Positions 17,678 through 25,847 of a stretch of DNA of 56,790 nucleotides are shown one piece after another; the first letter of the stretch is position 1; each line of letters starts with the position of its first letter. The notes beneath the pieces are model-generated. The model did no database searches. It saw nothing but the letters and a program-made list of their open reading frames with translations, and had not been told where the DNA came from. Location of the stretch: NCBI GenBank assembly GCA_035689325.1, contig DASSLQ010000107.1:1-56790 (forward strand), written 5' to 3'. Source of the stretch: Burkholderiales bacterium (GTDB lineage Bacteria; Pseudomonadota; Gammaproteobacteria; Burkholderiales; SG8-39). Made by a program: the position numbers and the translations under genes.

Positions 17678-19351
17678 TCAGGTCATCATGCCGAGGAGGC
17701 GCGGCAGCCAGAGCGAAAGCGGCGGCCAGTACGTCACGATCACCAGGAAAACCAGCATCGTGAGCAGCCAGGGCCACACCGCGATCGTCAGCTCGGTGAT
17801 GCCCATCTTCGTGATGCCGCTCGCGACGTAGAGGTTCAAGCCCACCGGCGGATGGCACATGCCGACTTCCATGTTGACGGTGATGAGAATGCCGAAGTGA
17901 ACCGGGTCGATGCCGAGCTTGGTCGCCACCGGAAAGAGGATCGGTGCGGTGATGAGCACGATGGAAGAAGGCTCCATCACGTTCCCGGCAAGGAGCAGCA
18001 GCAGGTTCACCATCAGCAGGAAGCCGATCGCGCCCAGGCCCTGGCCGATCATCCAGTCGGCCATCGCCTGCGGGATCTGCTCCGAGGTAAGCAGGTAAGA
18101 GAAGAGCACGGCGTTGGTGATGATGTAGAGCAGCATCGCGCTCATGTTCGCGGAGTCGAGCAGCACCTTCGGCACCTGCTTCAGGCCCATGTCCTTGTAG
18201 ACGAACACCGCGACGAAGAACGCGTAGACCGCGCTCATCGCCGCGGCCTCGGTGGGCGTGAAGACGCCGCTGTAGATGCCGCCCAGCACGACGATGACCA
18301 GCAGCAGGCCCCAGACGCTCTCCCAGAAGCTGCGCCAGACGAGGAGCGCTTCGTGCCGCGCGCTGATCGCCATGCCCTCGACGAGGTCGCCCTTTTTCGC
18401 AAGCGGAATGGCGGCGAGGATCCAGATCACGAAAAGCGCGAGCAGCAGTGTGCCGCCGCCCGTCGGCAGGAAAAGCGCGAGCAGCGCATGAACGACAACC
18501 GGCGGCGTTGCGAGGAACGCCACGCTGAAGACCCAGCGCAGGACGAAGCGGTTCTGCGTGAGAAGGCGCGCGACCAGCAGCCAGGCGATGCCGAGAATGA
18601 CGACCAGGATGCCGGTGCCTTCGGGCGCAAGGCGGCCCATCAGCCACCACAGCGCCGCGATCGGTGCGGCGATGAAAAACAGGCTCGCGGAGAGGCCGGC
18701 AATCGTGGCGATGCTCGCCTGGCCGCCAGTGCGGCCGGCGACGAGCTGCATCCGCGGATATTTGTTCTTGCGCGCCCGGTACCAGGTAAGCGCGCCCAGC
18801 ATGAAGGCGAGCACGAGCCCCGGCACTACCCCCGCCATGAAGAGCGTCCCGACCGACGTGTTGGTCGCCACCGAGTACATCACCATCACGATCGACGGCG
18901 GAATGAGGATGCCGAGCGCGCCGGAAGTGGTGATGACGCCCGCGCCGAAGCGCTTCGGGAAGCCGGCCTTCACCATCGCCGGCAGGATGATGGAGCCGAT
19001 CGCCACCACCGTGGCGGGGCTCGAGCCGGACACGGCGGCGAACAGCGCGCACGCCATCACGCCCGCGAGCCCGAGGCCGCCGTGCCAGTGGCCGACGACG
19101 CTGGTGGCGAAGTTGATCATGCGGCGCGCGACGCCGCCGTGCGTAAGGAAGTTGCCGGCGAGGATGAAGAACGGGATCGCCATGATCTCGAAGCGCTCGA
19201 TGCCGGTGAAGAGCTTGAGCGCAACGGACTCGACCGGCACGCTCGTCATGAAGAAGAGAAAGGCGAGCACCGTGAGGCCAAGCGAGATCGACACCGGCAT
19301 GCCGGTGAGCATCAGGCCGAACAGCAGGACGAAGATGATGGTCGCCGTCAC
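17678..19351 (-). CDS. dctM: TRAP transporter large permease with about 125-aa hydrophobic insertion
   Basis: GTG at 19351 (VTATIIFVLLFGLMLTGMPVSISLG), a GTGA overlap with the dctQ stop. 557 aa, versus roughly 430 aa that I recall for typical DctM. Confidence 0.8.
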   Translation of the reverse strand: MTATIIFVLLFGLMLTGMPVSISLGLTVLAFLFFMTSVPVESVALKLFTGIERFEIMAIPFFILAGNFLTHGGVARRMINFATSVVGHWHGGLGLAGVMACALFAAVSGSSPATVVAIGSIILPAMVKAGFPKRFGAGVITTSGALGILIPPSIVMVMYSVATNTSVGTLFMAGVVPGLVLAFMLGALTWYRARKNKYPRMQLVAGRTGGQASIATIAGLSASLFFIAAPIAALWWLMGRLAPEGTGILVVILGIAWLLVARLLTQNRFVLRWVFSVAFLATPPVVVHALLALFLPTGGGTLLLALFVIWILAAIPLAKKGDLVEGMAISARHEALLVWRSFWESVWGLLLVIVVLGGIYSGVFTPTEAAAMSAVYAFFVAVFVYKDMGLKQVPKVLLDSANMSAMLLYIITNAVLFSYLLTSEQIPQAMADWMIGQGLGAIGFLLMVNLLLLLAGNVMEPSSIVLITAPILFPVATKLGIDPVHFGILITVNMEVGMCHPPVGLNLYVASGITKMGITELTIAVWPWLLTMLVFLVIVTYWPPLSLWLPRLLGMMT

Positions 19352-19953
19352 CGCACGTCCCTCGGATGCAGGTCGTCCTTCATCGCGGTGGGGACGAGGT
19401 CCGCGTCGGTGACCTCCGCCACGCCTTCCACGCGCCCATGGTCGTGATGCGGGAGCTGCCCGGTGCGCCAGAACGACCAGGCTACCTGCAGGAAGCGAAA
19501 GCACATCAGGTAGGAGCCGCAGGGGATCGCGAGGAACACGATCCACATCGGCGCCTCGAGATCAGGCGAGACCTGGTCGGTGTGCGCGATCTCCCAGACG
19601 AACTTGGCGCCGAGGGAGCCGACGATGCCAGTGAAGAGCGCGCCGCAGAGCAGCCCGAAGAGCACGAAGCCGGCGCGCGGCTTGTCCGGCATGCGGTTGA
19701 TCAGCACGTCGACGCCGACGTGGATGCCGGTGCGCACGCCGTAGGCGGCGCCGAACTTGGCCATCCAGATGAACATGTAGATGCACAGCTCCTGCGCCCA
19801 CGAGAGGTTGATCGTCAGGAGCCAGTCCTGGAACGCGGGCCACGGGATGCCCGAGGCGTAGCGGTGCACCACGGCGACGAAGATCACCACCGTCGCCGCC
19901 CCCATGAGGAAGGCGATCAACCACTCCTCGAGATGGTCGAGCGCCTTCAGCAC
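19348..19953 (-). CDS. dctQ: TRAP transporter small permease
   Basis: 201 aa, four hydrophobic helices, located between dctP and dctM. Confidence 0.8.
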   Translation of the reverse strand: MLKALDHLEEWLIAFLMGAATVVIFVAVVHRYASGIPWPAFQDWLLTINLSWAQELCIYMFIWMAKFGAAYGVRTGIHVGVDVLINRMPDKPRAGFVLFGLLCGALFTGIVGSLGAKFVWEIAHTDQVSPDLEAPMWIVFLAIPCGSYLMCFRFLQVAWSFWRTGQLPHHDHGRVEGVAEVTDADLVPTAMKDDLHPRDVR

Positions 19954-19960
19954 GCGCGTC

Positions 19961-20962
19961 TTACAGCTTGCTCGGGTCGAAGCCCGTCTCTTTGTAGATC
20001 TCCTGGATCAGCGCCTTGCCGATGGTCGCCTCGCTCTCGCGGTGGACTTTCATGAGCGACTTCTTCCAGGCCTTCTTTTCCTCGGCGCTGAGCGCGATGA
20101 TCTGCGTCTTGCCGGTGGCCTTGACCTTGGCGAGCGCGTCCTCGTTCTCCGCCTTGGCGATGTCGTTGGCGTACTTGGTCGCGTCCTTCATCGCGCCCTC
20201 GAGCGTCGTGCGCACCTCGGCCGGCAGGCCATCCCAGAATTTCTTGTTCGCGATCACGGCGTACTCGATGACGCCGTGGTCGGAGAGCGTCACGTACTTC
20301 TGCACCTCGTTCATCTTCTGGGTGTAGAGATTCGAGGGCGGGTTTTCGGTGCCGTCGACCACGCCCGTCTGCAGCGCCTGGTAGACCTCGGAGAACGCCA
20401 TCACCTGCGGCGTCGCGCCGAGCGCGCGCATCTGCGCGTCGAGCACCTTGGAGGACTGGATGCGCATCTTCAGGCCGCGGAAATCCGCCGGCGTCTTGAG
20501 CGGCTTGTTGGCGCTCATCACCTTGAAGCCGTTGTCCCAATAGGCCAAGCCGACGATGCCCTTGCTGTCCAGTTTCCTGAACAGCTGCTCGCCGATCTTG
20601 CCGCCGGTCACGGCGTGCAGATCGTCGTAGTTGTCGAAGATGTACGGCAGGTCGAACACCTCGAACTCGCGCGCGCCGAGCGGTCCGAACTTCGACACCG
20701 ACGGCGCCAGCATCTGCACGTTGCCGAGCTGCAGCATCTGCATCTCCTCGCCGTCCTTGAAGAGCTGGCTGTTCGGATAGACCTCGACCTTGACGCGGCC
20801 CTTGGTACGGCCCTCCGCGAGCTCCTTGAACTTGAGCGCGCCCTTGCCCTTGGGCGTGTTCTCGGCGACGACGTGGCTGAACTTGATGACGATGGGCTGC
20901 TGCGCCTGGGCGCTGCCGAGCAAGAGCAGCGCCGCGGCCGCGGCGATTGCATAGCGTTTCAT
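19961..20962 (-). CDS. dctP: TRAP C4-dicarboxylate-binding periplasmic protein
   Basis: 333 aa with signal peptide. IVIKFSHVVAENTPKGKGALKFKE and YWDNGFK are typical DctP motifs. Confidence 0.85.
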   Translation of the reverse strand: MKRYAIAAAAALLLLGSAQAQQPIVIKFSHVVAENTPKGKGALKFKELAEGRTKGRVKVEVYPNSQLFKDGEEMQMLQLGNVQMLAPSVSKFGPLGAREFEVFDLPYIFDNYDDLHAVTGGKIGEQLFRKLDSKGIVGLAYWDNGFKVMSANKPLKTPADFRGLKMRIQSSKVLDAQMRALGATPQVMAFSEVYQALQTGVVDGTENPPSNLYTQKMNEVQKYVTLSDHGVIEYAVIANKKFWDGLPAEVRTTLEGAMKDATKYANDIAKAENEDALAKVKATGKTQIIALSAEEKKAWKKSLMKVHRESEATIGKALIQEIYKETGFDPSKL

Positions 20963-21015
20963 GGTTCCTCCTGTGGCTGTGCCCCGGAGCCTAGCGGCGT
21001 GCAGCGGCGCTCGAC

Positions 21016-21029
21016 TTGACCTGCGTCAA
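21016..21029. promoter_or_regulatory. Crp/Fnr-type box TTGACCTGCGTCAA in the dctP / malic enzyme divergent region
   Basis: Exact palindrome; the 14-mer is identical to the box at 28350. Confidence 0.65.
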
Positions 21030-21054
21030 GTCCGGCTGATCGCGCGGGCGCATC

Positions 21055-22686
21055 ATGCATCAACCGGAGAACGCCATGAACGGCCTCGACGTGCTGCGCG
21101 ACCCGCTGCTCAACAAGGGCATGGCCTTCACCGAGCGGGAGCGCGATACGCTCGGCCTGCGCGGCCTGCTGCCGCCGCACGTGCTCTCGCAGGAAGAGCA
21201 AGTGGTACGCGCGCTGGCACACATCCGGCGCCAGCCGACCGACCTCGAGAAGTACATCGAGCTCTACGGCCTTTACGACCGCAACGAGTCGCTGTTCTTC
21301 CGCGTGGTGTGCGAGCACATCGACGAGATGCAGCCGCTCATCTACACGCCGACCGTCGGCCTCGCCTGCCAGAGGTACGGCCACATCCTGCAGCGGCCGC
21401 ACGGCCTGTTCATCGGCGCCAACGATCGCGGCCGCATCGAGCAGGTGCTGCGCAACTGGCCGCATCGCGCCGCCATCATCGTCGTTACCGACGGCGAGCG
21501 CATCCTCGGCCTGGGCGACCTCGGCGCGAACGGCATGGGCATCCCGGTCGGCAAGCTCTCGCTCTACACCGCCTGTGCCGGCATCCATCCGCAGCTCTGC
21601 CTGCCGGTGATGCTGGATGTCGGCACCAACAACGACGAGCTGCTCGCCGATCCCTACTACGTGGGCCTGCGCCAGCACCGGCTGCGCGGCGCAGCCTACG
21701 AGGAGCTGGTGGAGGAGTTCATGGTCGCGGCCGAGCGCGTGTTTCCCGGCGTGCTGATCCAGTTCGAGGATTTCGCCAACCGCAATGCGTTCCGGCTGCT
21801 GCGCGAATACCGCAATCGGTTTTGCTGCTTCAACGACGACATCCAGGGCACCGCGGCGGTGGTGCTCGCCGGCATTCTCTCGGCGCTGCGCGTCAGCGGC
21901 GCACGGCTCGCCGACCAGACGTTCCTCTTCCTCGGCGCCGGCGAGGCGGCGAGCGGCATCGCCAACCTGATCGTGGCGGCCATGGTGGAGCACGGCTTGC
22001 ACGTGGAGGCCGCACGCCAGCGCTGCTGGCTGTTCGACTCGCATGGGCTGGTGGTCACCGGGCGCCACGACCTCGCCGAGCACAAACTCGCCTTTGCGCA
22101 TCCGCACGCGGCGATCGAAGACTTTCCGAGCGCGGTGCGGGTGCTCAGGCCGAGCGCCATCATCGGCGTCGCGGCCGTGGGCGGCACATTCACGAGCGAG
22201 GTGCTGCAGGATATGGCGCGCATCAACCCGCGGCCGATCGTCCTCGCGCTCTCCAACCCGACGTCGAAATCGGAGTGCACGGCGGAACAGGCCTACCGCC
22301 ACACGCAAGGCCGGGCGCTGTTTGCCTGCGGCAGCCCGTTCGAGCCGGTCACGGTCGATGGCGAGCGGCATGTGCCGCGCCAGGGGAATAACTCCTATGT
22401 CTTCCCCGGCATCGGGCTCGGCGTGATCGCGAGCCGCGCGCGCCGCGTGAGCGACGAGATGTTCATGGCGGCGGCGCGCACGCTCGCCGAGCAGGTCGCG
22501 CCTTCCGATCTTGCGCAGGGCAGTCTCTATCCGCCGCTCGCCGCGATCCGCGAGGTCTCGGCCCGCATTGCCGCCGCGGTGGCCGCGATCGCCTACGAGC
22601 AGCAGGTCGCCGCCGGGCCCCGTCCGGCGGATTTCCTCGCCTTCGCCAAGGCGCAGATGTACGAGCCGCGCTACGCGAGCTCCTAG
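21055..22686 (+). CDS. maeA: NAD(P)-dependent malic enzyme
   Basis: 543 aa. Motifs LLNKGMAFTERERDTLGLRGLLPP, VVTDGERILGLGDLG, FNDDIQGTAAV. The start could alternatively be the ATG at 21076. Confidence 0.9.
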   Translation: MHQPENAMNGLDVLRDPLLNKGMAFTERERDTLGLRGLLPPHVLSQEEQVVRALAHIRRQPTDLEKYIELYGLYDRNESLFFRVVCEHIDEMQPLIYTPTVGLACQRYGHILQRPHGLFIGANDRGRIEQVLRNWPHRAAIIVVTDGERILGLGDLGANGMGIPVGKLSLYTACAGIHPQLCLPVMLDVGTNNDELLADPYYVGLRQHRLRGAAYEELVEEFMVAAERVFPGVLIQFEDFANRNAFRLLREYRNRFCCFNDDIQGTAAVVLAGILSALRVSGARLADQTFLFLGAGEAASGIANLIVAAMVEHGLHVEAARQRCWLFDSHGLVVTGRHDLAEHKLAFAHPHAAIEDFPSAVRVLRPSAIIGVAAVGGTFTSEVLQDMARINPRPIVLALSNPTSKSECTAEQAYRHTQGRALFACGSPFEPVTVDGERHVPRQGNNSYVFPGIGLGVIASRARRVSDEMFMAAARTLAEQVAPSDLAQGSLYPPLAAIREVSARIAAAVAAIAYEQQVAAGPRPADFLAFAKAQMYEPRYASS

Positions 22687-23021
22687 GAGCCGCTGACGAC
22701 GTCGAGCTTGTTCTCGACCGCCTTGACGCCTTCGACCTTCGCCGCCACCTGAGCGGCGAGGCCGCGTTCCTTCGCGCTGGGCGCGCTGCCCCACAGCGTC
22801 ACGGCGCCGCCCGTGGCGACGACGTCAACGTTGTAGAGCTTCGCGCCTTCGAGCGCGCGCGACACGCGCTGTGCGAGCTCCTTGTCGGCGTCCGGCTTCG
22901 CCGGCTCGACGGGCGCGGCGATCAGCTTTGCGCTGGTGCTCGCGGCCGGCGCGAGCCTCGGGTTCTCGCTGCCGCACGCGGCGAGGCCGAGGATCATTGC
23001 GAGCACGACTGTCTTCTTCAT
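22683..23021 (-). CDS. BON-domain lipoprotein
   Basis: ATG at 23021 preceded by GGAGG. MKKTVVLAMILGLAAC lipobox. Single BON-like domain (VDVVATGGAVTLWGSAPSAKERGLAAQVAAKVEGVKAVENKL). Confidence 0.7.
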   Translation of the reverse strand: MKKTVVLAMILGLAACGSENPRLAPAASTSAKLIAAPVEPAKPDADKELAQRVSRALEGAKLYNVDVVATGGAVTLWGSAPSAKERGLAAQVAAKVEGVKAVENKLDVVSGS

Positions 23022-23118
23022 AATCAACCTCCGTTGTTGGATGCCGGAAGGTTGCCCGCTCAGCATGACGCCCGCGGGGCGCGATGAGGGCAAAGCGATG
23101 GCGAATTCTTCGCGACCC

Positions 23119-24459
23119 CTATTCGGGCGTCAGGAAGCGGTGGTATTGGCCGTCGGGAATCTCGTTGAGCTCGCAGGCAGTGCCCGGTGCAAAGAAGGAC
23201 CACGGTGTCGCCGTCTGCCGATCGGCAAACACGAAGCGCGCGCGCACGCTCCAGAAGTATCGCTGACCGGGCTTCAGCGCCTGCTCGATCCGGTGCTCGG
23301 GGCGCGTGAGGCCGTCTCGCTGATAGACGAGGCTGCGCCGTGAGCAGTCTTCCTCGTCCCAGACGCGCAGGTCGTAGGTGACGTGGCTGACGCTCGAGGC
23401 GAGCTCGCGGTCGAGCGCGCGCGGGAACGCCTCCCAGGTGAGCAGCGGCTGAACCGAGTCGGCGCTGCCGAAGCGCAGCGCGCTGCCCATGCACAGGTCC
23501 TTGCCATACTTGATGAAGGGCGCACTGACGAAGTCGCCGATACCGAGCGGCTTGGCGGCCGGCTTGCGCGGCTCGAGCCAGCACAGGCCATATTGCGGGT
23601 CGACCTCGGGCAGCCGGCCGAAGCTCGACGGCATGGCGAGGTCGACCGCGCCGAGCAGGAAGAAGCCATCGGCGATGCGCCCCGCGAGATCGTCGTAGGC
23701 CCGGTCGAGCTCTTCATCGATCAGCTTCGCGCCGTCCGCCGTCCAGCGAGCGAGCTCGCGCCGCGGACTGTGGTAGCGCAGCTCGCGCGCAAAGAGCGCT
23801 TCCTCGTCGCCGGCGTGCAGCAGGCGCGCGCGCACCGTGAGCGTCAGCGCGAGCGCCGGATTGCGGGTGCCGCCGGGACACGGATTGGCATCGAAGGGCG
23901 CGCGCGCCACGCATCCTTCCAGCTCGATCGCGAGCACGGCGAGCTCGAGCACCGTATCGGCGGGCGCTTCTTGGGCCACACGTACCGCTCCGTCGGCACC
24001 GAGCACGCTCGCGACGCGCGCCGCCAATGCCCGCTGGCTGTCGAGGCGAGCCGCCGCGTCGTGAATCACTTTGTCGATCTCGCGCGCCTTGTCGGCCGGC
24101 ACCGCATGCACGCTGCCTTCCACGGCACCGCCGGCGGCCTCCGCCGTGATCACCACGGGCGCCATGAGGAGCACGTAGGGCGTCGCCGCCCCGGCGCTCG
24201 CCGCGACGATCAGCACGGCGAGGCCCGCCTCGGTGCCGCGCCCGAGCGCGCCGAGCGCGGCGCCCGTCGGGCGGCTCTTGGCGAAGGTGGCGAAATTGGA
24301 GCGCGGGACGCTGTCCGCAGGAAGGATGACGACGGTGCCAACGGCGGCCTGCACCTCCGGCGGCGGCGACGCGGCGCCTTGCGTCGTGCAGCCGCTCAGC
24401 GCCGCTTCAAGCGAGAACCAGATACACGGCAGCGAGCGTGCCCAGGAACGCGAACCCAT
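23119..24459 (-). CDS. Unknown 446-aa putative lipoprotein
   Basis: ATG at 24459; LSGC lipobox near the N-terminus. No recognisable family. Overlaps the frdD 3-prime end by 53 nt. Confidence 0.55.
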   Translation of the reverse strand: MGSRSWARSLPCIWFSLEAALSGCTTQGAASPPPEVQAAVGTVVILPADSVPRSNFATFAKSRPTGAALGALGRGTEAGLAVLIVAASAGAATPYVLLMAPVVITAEAAGGAVEGSVHAVPADKAREIDKVIHDAAARLDSQRALAARVASVLGADGAVRVAQEAPADTVLELAVLAIELEGCVARAPFDANPCPGGTRNPALALTLTVRARLLHAGDEEALFARELRYHSPRRELARWTADGAKLIDEELDRAYDDLAGRIADGFFLLGAVDLAMPSSFGRLPEVDPQYGLCWLEPRKPAAKPLGIGDFVSAPFIKYGKDLCMGSALRFGSADSVQPLLTWEAFPRALDRELASSVSHVTYDLRVWDEEDCSRRSLVYQRDGLTRPEHRIEQALKPGQRYFWSVRARFVFADRQTATPWSFFAPGTACELNEIPDGQYHRFLTPE

Positions 24460-24751
24460 GGAAGATCGCCTTGAGGCCGGGCCCGACGTGCACGCCGAAG
24501 TCGTGCACGCAGTGGTACATGCGATGCAGGCCGTGGAACAGGAAGAGCCCGATCACGGCAACGATCGCGAGCTTGCCGATCGGGTTATGGACGAGCGCGA
24601 GCATGCGCTCGTAGCTCATCGTCTCGCGCGACATCAGGCCCATTGGCACGGCGATGCCGGTGATGAAGATGAGCACCGGCCCGATCAGCGCCGACAGCAT
24701 GCCGCCCGCGCCGAACAGCGACCAGAAGATCGGCTTGTTCGAGCGCTTCAT
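24407..24751 (-). CDS. frdD: Quinol:fumarate reductase membrane anchor subunit D
   Basis: ATG at 24751. KPIFWSLFGAGGMLSALIGPV...LSYERMLA...GLHRMYHCVHDFGVHV is collinear with E. coli FrdD. Confidence 0.85.
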   Translation of the reverse strand: MKRSNKPIFWSLFGAGGMLSALIGPVLIFITGIAVPMGLMSRETMSYERMLALVHNPIGKLAIVAVIGLFLFHGLHRMYHCVHDFGVHVGPGLKAIFHGFAFLGTLAAVYLVLA

Positions 24752-25116
24752 GCGCGCGCCGCCCACAACAGCAGCACCGAGCAGATGCCGATCGCCGTCA
24801 CGCCGGCGACGACGATCGCCTTGTCGGGCACCGGCACGCGCGGCAGGGTCTTCGGCATGATCTTGAACCAGGTCCAGGCGTGATACGCGACGAGCACGAA
24901 CGCGAGCACGTGGTACGCAATGACCCACGGGCGCGAGAGCCGCTCGAGCCAGTCCTCGTAGCGCACCTCGCTCTGCGTCAGGCGCGCGACGCCGACGAGC
25001 AGCGTAAGCGCGTAGATCGTGAGAACGACGCAGCTCGCCTCGCGCACCATGTACCACACGTAGTACGGATTGCGCCGCCACCACCACGCGGTCACCGGGC
25101 GCCGATAGGCCTTCAT
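24748..25116 (-). CDS. frdC: Quinol:fumarate reductase membrane anchor subunit C
   Basis: 122 aa. RRPVTAWWWRRNPYYVWYMVREAS resembles E. coli FrdC [24 protein letters not shown]. Confidence 0.85.
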   Translation of the reverse strand: MKAYRRPVTAWWWRRNPYYVWYMVREASCVVLTIYALTLLVGVARLTQSEVRYEDWLERLSRPWVIAYHVLAFVLVAYHAWTWFKIMPKTLPRVPVPDKAIVVAGVTAIGICSVLLLWAARA

Positions 25117-25847
25117 CTGCCACTCCGCGGCGCGAGGAAGCGCAGGAAGTAGTCCTTGGTGCTTTCGATCTTGTTCTGGTTCACCGCGCGCGCCGGATCG
25201 ACACCCTTCGGGCAGACCTCGGAGCAGTAGCCCACCAGCGTGCAGCCCCAGACGCCGTCCTCGGCGTTGACGAGCTGCATGCGCTCCTGTTTTCCACCGT
25301 CGCGGGAATCGGCGTTATAGCGGTGCAGCAGCGCGAGCACGGCCGGGCCGGTGAATTTCTCGTTCAGCCCGTACTGCGGGCACGCGGCGTAGCACAGCAG
25401 GCAGTTGATACATTGCGAGTACTGGTAGTAGTCGGCCAGCTGCTCCGGTGTCTGGCGGTGCGGCTCGGCGCCGGGATCGACCTTCGGCATGAGCCAGGGC
25501 TTGGCGGACTCGAGCTTCGCCAGGAAATCGGATTGGTCGATGGCGAGATCGCGCACGATCGGGAAATGCGTAAGCGGCTCTACGCGCAGCGGTCCGGGGT
25601 AGTAGTCGCGCAGGAAGGTCTCGCATCCGAGCCGCGGCACCCCGTTCACCATGGTGCCGCAGCTGCCGCAGATCGCCATGCGGCAGGACCAGCGGAAGGT
25701 GAGGCTGCCGTCGAGCTCGTCCTTGATGTACTGCAGGCCCTGCAGCACGGTCATGTCGTCGGTAAAGGGCACGTCGTAGTGCTGCCAGTGCGGCGCGGCA
25801 TCCGCCTCCGGGTGGTAGCGCAGGCACTCGATGGCGATCGTTCTCAT
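25113..25847 (-). CDS. frdB: Fumarate reductase iron-sulfur subunit
   Basis: ATG at 25847 (MRTIAIECLRYHPE). Motifs CRMAICGSCGTMVNG, CINCLLCYAACP, CTLVGYCSEVCPK. Confidence 0.9.
   Translation of the reverse strand: MRTIAIECLRYHPEADAAPHWQHYDVPFTDDMTVLQGLQYIKDELDGSLTFRWSCRMAICGSCGTMVNGVPRLGCETFLRDYYPGPLRVEPLTHFPIVRDLAIDQSDFLAKLESAKPWLMPKVDPGAEPHRQTPEQLADYYQYSQCINCLLCYAACPQYGLNEKFTGPAVLALLHRYNADSRDGGKQERMQLVNAEDGVWGCTLVGYCSEVCPKGVDPARAVNQNKIESTKDYFLRFLAPRSGR

Noticed and set aside
22683-22686. Convergent malic enzyme and BON-lipoprotein genes share overlapping stop codons within the palindrome CTAG.
   Set aside because: This is a trivial consequence of the TAG/CTA palindrome. There is no evidence of functional significance.
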